The notes under the pieces were generated by a model. It saw nothing but the letters and a program-made list of their open reading frames with translations, did not search any database and was not told the DNA's origin. A stretch of 64,000 nt of DNA from an uncultured Pseudomonadota bacterium (GTDB lineage Bacteria > Pseudomonadota > Alphaproteobacteria > JACZXZ01), in assembly GCA_963749075.1 (NCBI GenBank), contig CAVVLJ010000004.1:64001-128000 (forward strand), in the 5' to 3' direction. Below, piece after piece: positions 10,419 through 20,483 of the stretch. Every line of letters begins with the position of its first letter. Position 1 is the stretch's first letter. The position numbers were made by a program, and so were the translations under genes.

Positions 10419-10544
10419 ATATGGTCTTGGCGGCCTCGATGCAATGCAACTGTAGCATATCTTTGCGATGTCGGCTCGGGCGATCTATATGTGCCTCTCA
10501 TGACCTTGAGGGATGACGGCGGCAGCGTGACGGAGGGCGAGCAG

Positions 10545-12737
10545 ATGGCCGGCGTAAGGACGCCGCTCTGGCGGAGTGGCGGGCGGGCACTCGTGGCCGC
10601 GGCTTGCCTCGCGTTCCTTGCGGGCGGTGCCGCGGCGCAAGAGAGCACCCTCGCCATGCCGGCCTTCAGCGCTCCTCCGACGGCAGGCGAGGCGGCGGCC
10701 TCGCCCTGGGCGGCGACCGAGCAGACCAGGCTGCGGCTCGTCTCGGCGGCGGCGGGAACCGGGACTGCGAGCGAGCTTCGCCTCGGCCTCGAGTTCGAGC
10801 TCCAGCCCGGCTGGAAAGTCTATTGGCGCACGCCGGGTGCCGCCGGCTTCCCGCCGCATCTCGACTGGACCGGCTCGCAGAATCTGGCGGGCGCCGACGT
10901 TGCCTGGCCGGCGCCCGAGCGCTTCTCCGTGCTCGACCTCGAGACGCTCGGCTACCACGGCCAGCTCGTGCTGCCGCTGACCGCGCGTCTCGCCAAGGCA
11001 GGTGCTGCGCTCAAGCTCGCCCTCGCGGTCGACTATCTCACCTGCCGGGAAATCTGCATCCCCTATACGGCGCATCTGGCGCTCGAGCTGCCGGCGGGCG
11101 ATGCGGCTGCTACGCCCTATACCCAGCTCATCGACCGCTTCGTGGCGCGGGTGCCGGGCGACGGCAGGGCGGCGGGCCTCGCCATCGAGCGCGTCGCCGT
11201 CGCCGGCTCGGCCGCCCGTCCGGTCCTCGAGGTGACGGCCTCGGCGCGGCAGCCCTTCGAGAGGCCCGATCTCTTCATCGAGGGACCGTCCGGGCTCGCC
11301 TTTGCGCGGCCGCGGGTCGTGCTCTCGGACGGCGGGCACCAGGCGCTGCTGCGCCTCGCCGTCGCCACGGTCGGGAAGTCGTTCCCCGACTGGCGTGCCG
11401 TGCCGCTCGGCCTCACCCTCGTCGACGGCGGGCGCGCGATGGAGGCCCGTCGCGTGCCCGCGGCCGAGCCGGGCGGCGGCGAATGGCGCGGCCTCCTCGC
11501 GGCACTCGGCTTGGCGCTGGCGGGCGGCCTCATTCTCAATCTCATGCCCTGCGTGCTGCCGGTGCTCTCGCTCAAGCTCATCGGCATCGTCGGCCACGGC
11601 GGCGCCGAGCGCCGTGCCGTGCGCGTGAGCTTCCTTGCCAGCGCCGCGGGCGTGCTCGCGGCCTTTCTCGCACTGGCCGCCGCCGCCATCGCCGTCAAGG
11701 AGGCGGGCCATGCGGTCGGCTGGGGCATGCAGTTCCAGGAGCCCGCCTTCCTCACCGGCCTCGCCGTCGTCGCCATGCTCTTCGCGGCCAACCTCTGGGG
11801 CCTCTACGAGATCAGGCTGCCCGGCTTCCTCGCGGATGCACTGGCCACGGGCAGTCACGGCCGCGGCATCCTCGGCGAGTTCCTGACCGGCGCCTTCGCG
11901 ACCTTGCTCGCGACGCCCTGCTCGGCGCCCTTCCTCGGCACCGCCATCGGCTTTGCGCTGGCGCGCGGAGCGATCGAGATCGCGGCCGTCTTCGCGGCCC
12001 TCGGCATCGGCATGGCGCTGCCCTATCTCGCCGTGGCGGCGGTACCGGGGCTGGCGCAGCGCCTGCCGCGCCCCGGCCTCTGGATGATCCGGCTCAAGGT
12101 CGTGCTCGGCGTAGCCCTCGCGGGCACGGCGGCCTGGCTCGTCTCGGTCCTGGTGGGCGAGCTCGGCCTCGTGGCCGCACTCGCCGTGGCCGCTGCGGTC
12201 GCCGCCTTGCCGCTCGCCCTCTGGGCGCGCCGGCGCTGGCCGGAGCACCTGCGGCATTCGGGCGTCGTAGCACTCGCAGCCCTCGTCATCGCCGCTTTCG
12301 CGCTGCCGTCGAACCTCGCGTCCCTGCCGCCGGCTGCGCCTCATGCGGCAGGGCGCGATTGGCGGCCCTTCGCGCGCGCTGAGATCCCGGGCCTGGTGGC
12401 CGAGGGCCGGCTCGTCTTCGTCGACGTGACGGCCGACTGGTGCATCACCTGCAAGACGAACAAGGCGCTGGTGCTCGACCGCGCGCCGGTGGCCGAGCTG
12501 CTGCACGCGCCCGCCGTGGTGCGCATGGTGGCCGATTGGACGCGCCCGTCCGACGAGATCGCCCAATACCTCGCGAGCTTCGGGCGCTACGGCATTCCCT
12601 GCAACGTGATCTATGGCCCGGGGGCGCCCATGGGGATCGCCCTCCCTGAGCTCCTCACCGCGGACGCGGTGCGCGCGGCACTCGCGGAGGCGGGCGGCCC
12701 GCGGCGCGCGGCAGGGGAGGCCGGCGCGCGCGGCTGA
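10545..12737 (+). CDS. DsbD/ScsB-like thiol:disulfide interchange protein
   Basis: GWKVYWRTPG N-domain, TM cysteines MPCVLP and TPCSAP, C-terminal thioredoxin TADWCITCK. Confidence 0.92.
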   Translation: MAGVRTPLWRSGGRALVAAACLAFLAGGAAAQESTLAMPAFSAPPTAGEAAASPWAATEQTRLRLVSAAAGTGTASELRLGLEFELQPGWKVYWRTPGAAGFPPHLDWTGSQNLAGADVAWPAPERFSVLDLETLGYHGQLVLPLTARLAKAGAALKLALAVDYLTCREICIPYTAHLALELPAGDAAATPYTQLIDRFVARVPGDGRAAGLAIERVAVAGSAARPVLEVTASARQPFERPDLFIEGPSGLAFARPRVVLSDGGHQALLRLAVATVGKSFPDWRAVPLGLTLVDGGRAMEARRVPAAEPGGGEWRGLLAALGLALAGGLILNLMPCVLPVLSLKLIGIVGHGGAERRAVRVSFLASAAGVLAAFLALAAAAIAVKEAGHAVGWGMQFQEPAFLTGLAVVAMLFAANLWGLYEIRLPGFLADALATGSHGRGILGEFLTGAFATLLATPCSAPFLGTAIGFALARGAIEIAAVFAALGIGMALPYLAVAAVPGLAQRLPRPGLWMIRLKVVLGVALAGTAAWLVSVLVGELGLVAALAVAAAVAALPLALWARRRWPEHLRHSGVVALAALVIAAFALPSNLASLPPAAPHAAGRDWRPFARAEIPGLVAEGRLVFVDVTADWCITCKTNKALVLDRAPVAELLHAPAVVRMVADWTRPSDEIAQYLASFGRYGIPCNVIYGPGAPMGIALPELLTADAVRAALAEAGGPRRAAGEAGARG

Positions 12738-12832
12738 GCGTCCGGCCTGGGGGCTGGATTTGCCGCGCGGAATGAGTATTTATGGGCGCGCCCGAGGTTT
12801 CGCCGCGGGATCATTTCGCAAGGGGAAGGGCC

Positions 12833-13318
12833 ATGACCATCAAGCCTGGTGAGAAGCTGCCGAACGTCAAGATCAAGTACATGGGTGCCAACGGTCCGAC
12901 CGAGACCACGACCGGTGAGCTCTTCGCGGGCAAGAAGGCGGTGCTGTTCGGCCTGCCCGGCGCCTTCACGCCGACCTGCTCGGCCAAGCACGTGCCGGGC
13001 TTCGTGCACAATGCCGCGGCGATCAAGGCCAAGGGGGTCGGCACCATCGCCTGCATCTCGGTCAACGACGCCTTCGTGATGGGCGCCTGGGGCAAGGACC
13101 AGGGGGCGGGCGACAAGGTGATGATGCTCGCCGATGGCAATGCGGACTTCGCCAAGGCCGCCGGCCTCGAGCAGGATCTCTCCGCGGCCGGCCTCGGCGT
13201 GCGCTCCAAGCGCTACGCCATGGTCATCGACGACGGCACGGTGAAATGGCTCGGCGTCGAGGAGGCGCCGGGCAAGCTCGAGGCGAGCTCGGCCGAGAAC
13301 GTGCTGAAGCAGCTCTGA
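12833..13318 (+). CDS. Peroxiredoxin (Prx5 type)
   Basis: PGAFTPTCS..HVPGF, SVNDAFVM.AW, RSKRY. Confidence 0.95.
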   Translation: MTIKPGEKLPNVKIKYMGANGPTETTTGELFAGKKAVLFGLPGAFTPTCSAKHVPGFVHNAAAIKAKGVGTIACISVNDAFVMGAWGKDQGAGDKVMMLADGNADFAKAAGLEQDLSAAGLGVRSKRYAMVIDDGTVKWLGVEEAPGKLEASSAENVLKQL

Positions 13319-13364
13319 CGGCAGCCGCCGTCGCCGACGTGGGAGTGCCGCGGCAAAGCGGCGC

Positions 13365-13832
13365 TCACGCACCCTCGAGAAAGGGCGCCATGCCCTCGCG
13401 GGCGAGCCGGTCGGCGCGCTCGTTGCCGGCATGGCCCGCGTGGCCCTTGACCCACACCCAGGCGACCTCGTGCCGCTCGAGCGCCTGCTCGAGGCGCTGC
13501 CAAAGATCGCTGTTCTTGACCGGCTTCTTCGCCGCGGTGCGCCAGCCGTTCTGCTTCCAGCGCGCGATCCACTCTGTGATGCCGTCCTTGACGTAGCGGC
13601 TGTCGGTGTGGATGCGCACGCGGCTCGGGCGCTTGAGCGCCTCGAGCGCCGCGATGGCGGCCATGAGTTCCATGCGGTTGTTGGTGGTGGCGCCTTCGCC
13701 GCCCTTGAGCTCGCGCTCGTGCCCCTGCCAGGCGAGCAGCGCACCCCAGCCCCCCGGACCGGGATTGCCGCTGCAGGCGCCGTCGCTGAAGACCTCGACG
13801 GTGCCGCCCCGCGCTCGCCCGTGCGCCGTCAT
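13365..13832 (-). CDS. rnhA: Ribonuclease HI
   Basis: [41 protein letters not shown]. Confidence 0.97.
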   Translation of the reverse strand: MTAHGRARGGTVEVFSDGACSGNPGPGGWGALLAWQGHERELKGGEGATTNNRMELMAAIAALEALKRPSRVRIHTDSRYVKDGITEWIARWKQNGWRTAAKKPVKNSDLWQRLEQALERHEVAWVWVKGHAGHAGNERADRLAREGMAPFLEGA

Positions 13833-14791
13833 GCGAGGCCGTACTCGCTCGGCCGCGAGATGCCCTGGTGGAAGCGCAGCTTCTGGAGATACTCGAGCGG
13901 ATCCTTGGGCTTCACGAAGGCGCCGTCCGGATGGTTGAGCCAGTCGTAGAGCCGCGTCAAGAGGAAGCGGAGCGCGCTGCCGCGCGCGAGGATCGGGAGT
14001 GCCGCCAGCTCCTCGGGCGAGAGCGCGCGGCGCTTGCCGTAGCTCGAGAGGAGGAGGCGCGCCTTGGTGACGTTGAAGCTGCCGTCCGCTTCGAAGCACC
14101 AGGCATTGAGGCAGACGGCGATGTCGTAAGCGAGGAAGTCGGTGCAGGCGAAGTAGAAATCGATGATGCCGGAGAGCTCGTCGCCGAGGAAGAACACGTT
14201 GTCGGGAAAGAGATCGGCATGGATGACGCCCGCGGGGAGTGCCGCCGGCCAATGGCCCTCGAGGTGGTCGAGCTCGCGGGCGAGCTCTTGGGCGAGGCCC
14301 TGCCGCACCTCGTGCGCGCGCTTCTCGCAGGCTTGGAAGAGCGGGCGCCAGCCCGCAAGGCCGAGGGCATTGGCGCGCCGCATGGCGAAGGAGAGCCCGG
14401 CAAGATGCAGGCGCGCGAGCGCGTCGCCCAAGAGCGCCGCGTGGCGCGGGGCGATGCGCCGCGGCCACATGCCCTGGAGGAAGCTCACGATCGCCGCCGG
14501 CCGGCCGCAGAGCTCGCGGAGTGCGATGCCGTCCCTGCCGTGCACCGGTGTCGGGCAGGCGAGGCCCGCTCCCGCCAGATGGTCCATGAGGGCGAGGAAG
14601 AAGGGCAGGTCCTGCCGCGCCACCCGCTTCTCGTAGAGCGTCAGGATGTAGGTGCCGCGCTCGGTCTGCAGCAGGTAGTTGGAGTTCTCCACCCCCTCGG
14701 CGATGCCCTTGCAGGCGAGCACGGCGCCGAGCTCGTACTGGGTGAGGAAGGCCGCGAGATCCTCGTCGGAGACTTCTGTATAGACCGCCAT
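13829..14791 (-). CDS. thrB: Homoserine kinase (type II)
   Basis: [47 protein letters not shown]. Confidence 0.96.
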   Translation of the reverse strand: MAVYTEVSDEDLAAFLTQYELGAVLACKGIAEGVENSNYLLQTERGTYILTLYEKRVARQDLPFFLALMDHLAGAGLACPTPVHGRDGIALRELCGRPAAIVSFLQGMWPRRIAPRHAALLGDALARLHLAGLSFAMRRANALGLAGWRPLFQACEKRAHEVRQGLAQELARELDHLEGHWPAALPAGVIHADLFPDNVFFLGDELSGIIDFYFACTDFLAYDIAVCLNAWCFEADGSFNVTKARLLLSSYGKRRALSPEELAALPILARGSALRFLLTRLYDWLNHPDGAFVKPKDPLEYLQKLRFHQGISRPSEYGLA

Positions 14792-14968
14792 GGGCGCCTA
14801 ATCTGACGGTTAGCGCCGCCAAGGGCAACTGGTGCTAAGGGCCGGGAGCGCCGCGGACGCGCCTCGTGCCTCGCGCCCGCGCCCCGGGGCTTGTGCCGGG
14901 GAGGAGGCTCCCCTAGAGTGCCGGCCGCGAGTGCTGCCGGGGCAGGCCGAGACGTACTGGAGACGGCG

Positions 14969-15209
14969 ATGGCGGAACCGAGGGTGGCCCAGAAGGGGCC
15001 CTTCATGAAGAACGTCGAGGCGGGCAAGGACTATTGGTGGTGCGCCTGCGGGCAGAGCAAGACCCAGCCCTTCTGCGACGGCTCGCACAAGGGCGGCCCC
15101 TTCACGCCCGTGCAGTGGAAGGCCGCCTCAACGAAGGACGTTCTATTTCTGCGGCTGCAAGCACAGCTCCGGCAAGCCGCTCTGCGACGGAAGCCACAGC
15201 AAGCTGTGA
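14969..15209 (+). CDS. CDGSH iron-sulfur protein with two CDGSH motifs (+1 frameshift near 15141, probably a sequencing error)
   Basis: WCACGQS..QPFCDGSH, then in the shifted frame YFCGCKHSSGKPLCDGSHSKL-stop; GGAG RBS. Confidence 0.88.
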
Positions 15210-15775
15210 GTGCGCTCAGCCGTCCTGCTGTGCCGCGGCTCGCCGAGCGTCTTGCGCCGGCGGCGCGCGGCCTGGCGCTTGCGGGTGCGCTCGCGGCGCT
15301 CGCCGCCTGCTCGGCGAAGACGCTGCCCTGTCCGACCGCCAAGATCCTGCGCGACGCCGCGAGCGTCACCGTCTTTGCCCCCGGCCAGCCGGCCGATGCC
15401 AAGGCGGTGCAATATGTCGGCAATATCTCGCAGGCCAAGCTGAGCTGCTCCTACGATGTCAGCACTCTCGAGCGGCTCGAGGTGGCGCTCGGCGTGCAGG
15501 TCACCGCCGAGCGTCCCCCCGCCTCGACGGCGGCGGCGGCCGATCTGCGCTACTTCGTCGCCATCGTCAACCTCGAGGGCGAGGTGCTGGCCAAGAAGGA
15601 GTTCCCCTTGAGCCTCGCCTTTCCCAAGGGCGGCACCTCCGCCAGCACGGTCGACGAGAGCCGCCAGATCATCCCGCTCAAATATCCGCAAAACGGCGGC
15701 AGCGTCGAGATCTGGGTGGGCTTCCAGCTCTCCCCCGAAGAGCTCGATTACAACCGCAAGCACCTCGGCGGCTGA
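15206..15775 (+). CDS. Putative lipoprotein
   Basis: GTGA overlap with the CDGSH stop; hydrophobic signal with lipobox LAAC; C-terminal VGFQL..EELDYNR. Confidence 0.75.
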   Translation: MSALSRPAVPRLAERLAPAARGLALAGALAALAACSAKTLPCPTAKILRDAASVTVFAPGQPADAKAVQYVGNISQAKLSCSYDVSTLERLEVALGVQVTAERPPASTAAAADLRYFVAIVNLEGEVLAKKEFPLSLAFPKGGTSASTVDESRQIIPLKYPQNGGSVEIWVGFQLSPEELDYNRKHLGG

Positions 15776-15789
15776 GCGGCGCATAAGCT

Positions 15790-16050
15790 TCAGGCGAGGA
15801 GTAGCGCCGCCGAGGCGATGAGGAACCCGCCCATCGCGCGGTCAAGCCATCGTCTTGCGGAGGGCCGCATAATCCAATCCGCGATCGCCGACCCGGCAAG
15901 CGCCCACAGGGTGAGGCAGACCCCAGTCACCACGGCGAGAATAACGGCCAGCTCGGCGAGCGACGAGACTCGCTCGCCGTCGCGCGGCATGGCCGCCGCC
16001 GCGGTCAGCACCATCACCCAGCTTTTCGGGTTGAGGAGTTGGAAGAGGGC
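15790..16050 (-). pseudogene. 3' remnant of a LysE/RhtB family exporter
   Basis: ALFQLLNPKSW...LWA..G...MGGFLIASA, with the N-terminal half missing. Confidence 0.75.
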
Positions 16051-16502
16051 GCGGCCCTTGGCCGGGGCTCGCCTGCGAAGCCTTCATGGACGAGGCGCTC
16101 TATCCCGTCATGAGCAGGCGCTATTGGGAAGCGGCCGGCAGGCCTCGCACGCCCGAGAAGCTGGCGCGCTTGCGCCTCCTCCACGACAGGGACCCGCAAG
16201 CATCCTGGGAAGCGTGGCGGGCGGCACACCCAAGCCGCGGGCTCGACATGCGCCGCGGTCCACGCTTCGCCTCCTCCGACCTCGTGCTGCGGGCGGCCAG
16301 CCAGGGGCTGGGCGTGGCACTCGCGCGCGCCCGCTTGGCGGCCGCCGATATTGCCACGGGCGCCCTCATCCGGCCCTTTGGCGAGTTCCTGGTCGGCGTA
16401 CCCGACGCCCACTGGATCGTGCGCCACGAAGCCGCACCCGAGCGCATTGCCGTGAGCGCGGTGATCGATTGGCTGAAGCAGCAGGGCAACCGCGCGGCAT
16501 AG
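16047..16502 (+). pseudogene. 3' remnant of a GcvA-like LysR regulator (substrate-binding domain only)
   Basis: GRGPWPGL..E.FMDE.LYPV, LLHD, AASQGLGVALAR, G.LIRPF; no HTH, in-frame stop at 16032. Confidence 0.8.
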
Positions 16503-16540
16503 GGAAGAGCATGAAGCATGGTGTTGCCGCCTATGTCCAA

Positions 16541-16559
16541 TTTGTCTAGAATAGACAAA
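16541..16559. promoter_or_regulatory. Palindromic operator of the Phd-PIN TA operon
   Basis: TTTGTCTA-gaa-TAGACAAA, AT-rich, 13 nt upstream of the antitoxin ATG. Confidence 0.7.
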
Positions 16560-16572
16560 ATGGAGCCTTATC

Positions 16573-16824
16573 ATGCGCCACGTCTCCGCCACCGACGCGA
16601 AACAGCGCCTCGCCGCGCTGCTTGACGCCGTGCAGCGCGAGCCCGTCGTGATCCGACGTCACGAGCGGGACGTTGCCGTCCTTCTCTCGGCCGAAGAATA
16701 TGAGCGCCTTTCCGCCCTCAACAGAGAGGAGTTCGAGCGCTTCTGCGACCGCATCGGCGCCGAGGCAACCGCGCGCGGGCTGACCGGGGAGAAGCTCGCC
16801 GAGATCCTTGCCGATGAAGGTTAG
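16573..16824 (+). CDS. Phd/YefM family antitoxin
   Basis: VSATDAKQRLA.LLD.V.REPV.I.R..R.VAVLLS.EEY. Confidence 0.9.
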   Translation: MRHVSATDAKQRLAALLDAVQREPVVIRRHERDVAVLLSAEEYERLSALNREEFERFCDRIGAEATARGLTGEKLAEILADEG

Positions 16825-17239
16825 GGAGCGGCTTGTCGTCGATACGGGCGTCCTCGCCAGCAGATTGCTCCTCCCCGCCTCCGTGCCTGCGGAGGCTGTT
16901 CGCAAGGCCGTGGGCGAGGGCCAGCTTCTCGCCTCCGATGCGACTCTCATGGAGCTCGCCGAGGTGCTCGCCCGAGCGAAATTCGCTCCCTATGTCACGC
17001 TCGACGAACGCAAGCAGTTCTTGCGCCTGTTCGGCCGCATCGCGGAGCGAGTGCCGGTCACTCATGCCATACGCGCTTGCCGCGATCCGAAGGACGACAA
17101 GTTTCTCGAGCTTGCCTTGAATGGCGACGCGCGCTTGATCGTCACCGGCGACGCGGATCTCCTGGCGCTTCACCCATTCCGCGGCATCGAGATCATGACG
17201 CCGGCGCGCTATCTCACAGACGGTCGGCAAAATAGCTGA
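16814..17239 (+). CDS. PIN-domain toxin (VapC-like)
   Basis: VVDTGVL, EL.EVL.R.KF, CRDPKDDKFLELA, IVTGDADLL. Confidence 0.92.
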   Translation: MKVRERLVVDTGVLASRLLLPASVPAEAVRKAVGEGQLLASDATLMELAEVLARAKFAPYVTLDERKQFLRLFGRIAERVPVTHAIRACRDPKDDKFLELALNGDARLIVTGDADLLALHPFRGIEIMTPARYLTDGRQNS

Positions 17240-17297
17240 CCGGCTTCCTCCCTAGTTGACTTTCCCCCCCATGCGTCTAGGCTGGCGGCACTTTGCC

Positions 17298-17530
17298 GAT
17301 GACCCTCGCGGGAGAGATCGGCGCGGCGCCCGGATGCGGGCGTCTGCCGCGCCGGCGCCGAAGGAGCAACCGCCCCGGAAACTCTCAGGCAAAGGGACCG
17401 CGAGGGGAGGCAGCTCTGGAAAGCAGCCGCAGCGCCTTTGGCCAATGCCGAAGGCGAGGCGGCTCACCGAAGGGGTAAACCCGGCAGCGCTGCCGGGCGA
17501 TTCTTTCAGGTCCGAGGACAGAGGGGGCTT
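17298..17530 (+). ncRNA. Tandem glycine riboswitch
   Basis: Aptamer 1 GGGAGAGA...CGCCGAAGGAGCAA...AAACTCTCAGGCAAAGGGAC; aptamer 2 CTCTGGAAAG...CACCGAAGGGGTAAA...CTTTCAGG...GGACAGAG; directly upstream of gcvT. Confidence 0.93.
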
Positions 17531-17604
17531 GTCCGTTGCCAGGCGCGATCCCGGTGATCGCGCGGGGGCACCGGTCAAGCGGCAACGGCCCTCGGGAGGA
17601 CCTG

Positions 17605-18735
17605 GTGAGCGCGCCGCCCTCGCAACCCCCGCCCTCGCAAGCCCTGAAGCGCACGCCGCTCTACGAGCTGCATCGCTCGCTCGGCGCCAAGATGGTGGCC
17701 TTCGCGGGCTACGAGATGCCCGTGCAGTACGCGGGCGGCATCCTCGCCGAGCATCTCCACACGCGCAGGGCGGCGGGCCTCTTCGACGTCTCCCACATGG
17801 GCCAGGTGCGCGTCTCGGGCCCCGACGCCGCCGCCGCCTTCGAGCGCCTGGTGCCCGGCGATATCGCCGGCCTGGCGCCCTCCCGCCAGCGCTACACCCA
17901 GTTCACCAACAAGGCCGCGGGCATCCTCGACGACCTCATGGCAAGCCGCCTCGAGGACGGGCTCTTCGTCGTGGTCAATGCCGCCTGCAAGGCCGCGGAC
18001 CTGGCGCATATGCAGGCGAGCCTCGAGGGCGCAGCCGAGGTCAAGGCGCTCGACGACCGGGCGCTCTTGGCGCTCCAAGGCCCGGCCGCGGCCGAGGTTT
18101 TGGCGCGCCTGGCGCCCGCCTGCCGCGAGCAGAGATTCATGAGCCTCGCGCGCTACGTCCTCGAGGGTGCTGAGGCGCTCGTCTCGCGCTCGGGCTACAC
18201 CGGCGAGGACGGCTTCGAGCTCTCGCTCCCCGCCGAGGCGGCGGAGCGCGTGGCGCGGCGCCTCCTCGCCGAGCCCGAGGTGGCGCTGATCGGGCTTGGC
18301 GCGCGCGATTCGCTGCGCCTCGAGGCCGGCCTCTGTCTCTATGGCCACGACATCGACGTGACGACGACGCCGGTCGAGGCGGAGCTCGCGTGGTCGATCG
18401 GCAAGCGCCGCCGCCAGGAGGGCGGCTATCCGGGCGCCGATGTCGTGCGCGAGCAGCTCGAGAAGGGCACCGTGCGGCGCCGCGTCGCCATCCTTCCCGA
18501 GGGGCGGGCGCCGGCGCGCGAGGGCGCCGAGATCGTCGATGCTGCGGGCCACCGCATCGGCGTCGTCACCTCGGGCGGCTTCGGCCCGAGCCTCGGCGGG
18601 CCGCTCGCCATGGGCTATGTCGAGACCGTCTACGCCAAGGAGGGCATGCCGCTCGATCTCGTCGTGCGCGGAGTGCGCCGGCCGGCCAAGGTGGCGGCAT
18701 TCCCCTTCGTGCCGCACCGCTATCGCCGGGAATGA
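17605..18735 (+). CDS. gcvT: Glycine cleavage system aminomethyltransferase T
   Basis: [42 protein letters not shown]. Confidence 0.97.
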   Translation: MSAPPSQPPPSQALKRTPLYELHRSLGAKMVAFAGYEMPVQYAGGILAEHLHTRRAAGLFDVSHMGQVRVSGPDAAAAFERLVPGDIAGLAPSRQRYTQFTNKAAGILDDLMASRLEDGLFVVVNAACKAADLAHMQASLEGAAEVKALDDRALLALQGPAAAEVLARLAPACREQRFMSLARYVLEGAEALVSRSGYTGEDGFELSLPAEAAERVARRLLAEPEVALIGLGARDSLRLEAGLCLYGHDIDVTTTPVEAELAWSIGKRRRQEGGYPGADVVREQLEKGTVRRRVAILPEGRAPAREGAEIVDAAGHRIGVVTSGGFGPSLGGPLAMGYVETVYAKEGMPLDLVVRGVRRPAKVAAFPFVPHRYRRE

Positions 18736-18752
18736 ACGGGAGGAGGAGAGCC

Positions 18753-19127
18753 GTGCTGAAATTCACCAAGGACCACGAGTGGATCCGCCTCGAGGCCGAC
18801 GGCAGCGCCACCTGCGGCATCAGTGCCTATGCCCAGGAGCAGCTCGGCGACGTCGTCTACGTCGAGCTGCCCGCCGTGGGCAAGGCGGTTGCCAAGGGCG
18901 ACAACGCCGCGACCGTCGAGTCCGTGAAGGCGGCGAGCGAAGTCTATGCCCCCGCGAGCGGCACGGTGAGCGCCGTCAACGAGCGCCTCGCGGGCGAGCC
19001 GGCGCTCGTCAACGCCTCCCCGCTCGCCGACGGCTGGTTCTTCAAGCTGGCGCGCGCCGATGAGGTGGAGCTCGGAGAGCTCATGGACGAGGCCGCCTAC
19101 GCCGAATACTGCGAAGGGCTCCACTGA
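18753..19127 (+). CDS. gcvH: Glycine cleavage system H protein
   Basis: [30 protein letters not shown] (lipoyl lysine); AGGAGG RBS. Confidence 0.96.
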   Translation: MLKFTKDHEWIRLEADGSATCGISAYAQEQLGDVVYVELPAVGKAVAKGDNAATVESVKAASEVYAPASGTVSAVNERLAGEPALVNASPLADGWFFKLARADEVELGELMDEAAYAEYCEGLH

Positions 19128-20483
19128 TGCGCTATCTCCCCCTCACGGAAGCGGATCGCCGCATCATGCTCCAGGCGATCGGCGCTCCCTCGCTCGAGAG
19201 CCTCTACCGCGACGTGCCGGAGGAGGTGCTGCTCAAGGCGCCGGCGGCGCTGCCGTCCCACATGGGCGAGCTCGAGGTCGAGCGCGCCTTCCAGGCCTTC
19301 GCCGGCGGCAATATGGGGACTGCCGCCGTGCCGGCCTTTCTCGGCGCCGGCGCCTACCGCCACCACATCCCGGCGAGCGTCGACCATCTCATCCAGCGCG
19401 GCGAGTTCCTCACCTCCTACACGCCCTATCAGCCCGAGGTGTCGCAGGGCACGCTGCAATATCTCTTCGAGTTTCAGACCCAGGTGGCGCTCATCACCGG
19501 CATGGAGGTGGCGAACGCCTCCATGTACGACGGCGGCAGTGCCACGGCCGAAGCGGTGATGATGGCAAACCGCGTCACCGGTCGGCGGAAGGCGGTGCTT
19601 TCCGGGGGCCTCCATCCCCACTACCGCGAGATCTGCGCCACGCACGCGCGCTGGAGCGGCTTCGAGGTCACACTGGCCGAGCCCGATCCGCGCGGCCGCG
19701 AGGAGCTCGCGCGCTCGATCGACGACAAGACGTTCTTGCGTCGTGGTGGCGAGCCCGAGCTTCTTCGGCCATCTCCGCGACTACGCGGGCCTTGCCGAGG
19801 CCTGCCACGCCAAGGGGGCGCTCCTCGTCGTCGCGGTGAGCGAGGTCGTCTCGCTCGGGCTTATCAAGCCGCCGGGCGAGATGGGCGCCGACATCGTCGC
19901 CGCCGAGGGCCAGTCGATCGGCGTGCCGCTCTCCTTCGGCGGGCCCTATCTCGGCCTCTTCGCCGCGCGCGAGAAGTACGTGCGCCAGATGCCGGGGCGG
20001 CTCTGCGGCGAGGCGCACGACGCCGAGGGTCGGCGCGGCTGGGTGCTCACCCTCTCGACGCGCGAGCAGCACATCCGCCGCGAGAAGGCGACGAGCAACA
20101 TCTGCACCAACTCAGGGCTCTGCGCCCTCGCCTTCACGATCCATCTGGCGCTTCTGGGCGAGGTGGGCTTCCACCGGCTCGCCGAGCTCAACCACGCGAG
20201 CGCTGTCAGGCTCGCCGAGCGGCTCGCGGGTATTGAGGGCGTCGAGCTCGTGAACGAGACCTTCTTCAACGAGTTCACGCTTCGCCTCGCCCGGCCGGCG
20301 GCCGAGGTGGCGGCGGCGCTCGCGGCGCGGCGCATCTTGGGCGGCGTGCCCGTCTCGCGCCTCTACCCCGCCCGACCGGCGCTCGCCGATCTCATGCTGG
20401 TGGCGGCGACGGAGGTCAATACGGAGGCCGAGATCGAGGCCCTCGCCGAGGCCCTCGCCGAAGTCCTTGGGGAGGTGCCGTGA
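19127..20483 (+). CDS. gcvPA: Glycine dehydrogenase subunit 1 (+1 frameshift near 19733, probably a sequencing error)
   Basis: [25 protein letters not shown] in frame 1; [17 protein letters not shown] in frame 2; removing one T gives DKTSCVVV. Confidence 0.93.

Noticed and set aside
14891-15775. Apparent 294-aa CDGSH-lipoprotein fusion ORF
   Set aside because: Produced by the +1 indel at about 15141; correcting it gives two genes with a GTGA overlap.
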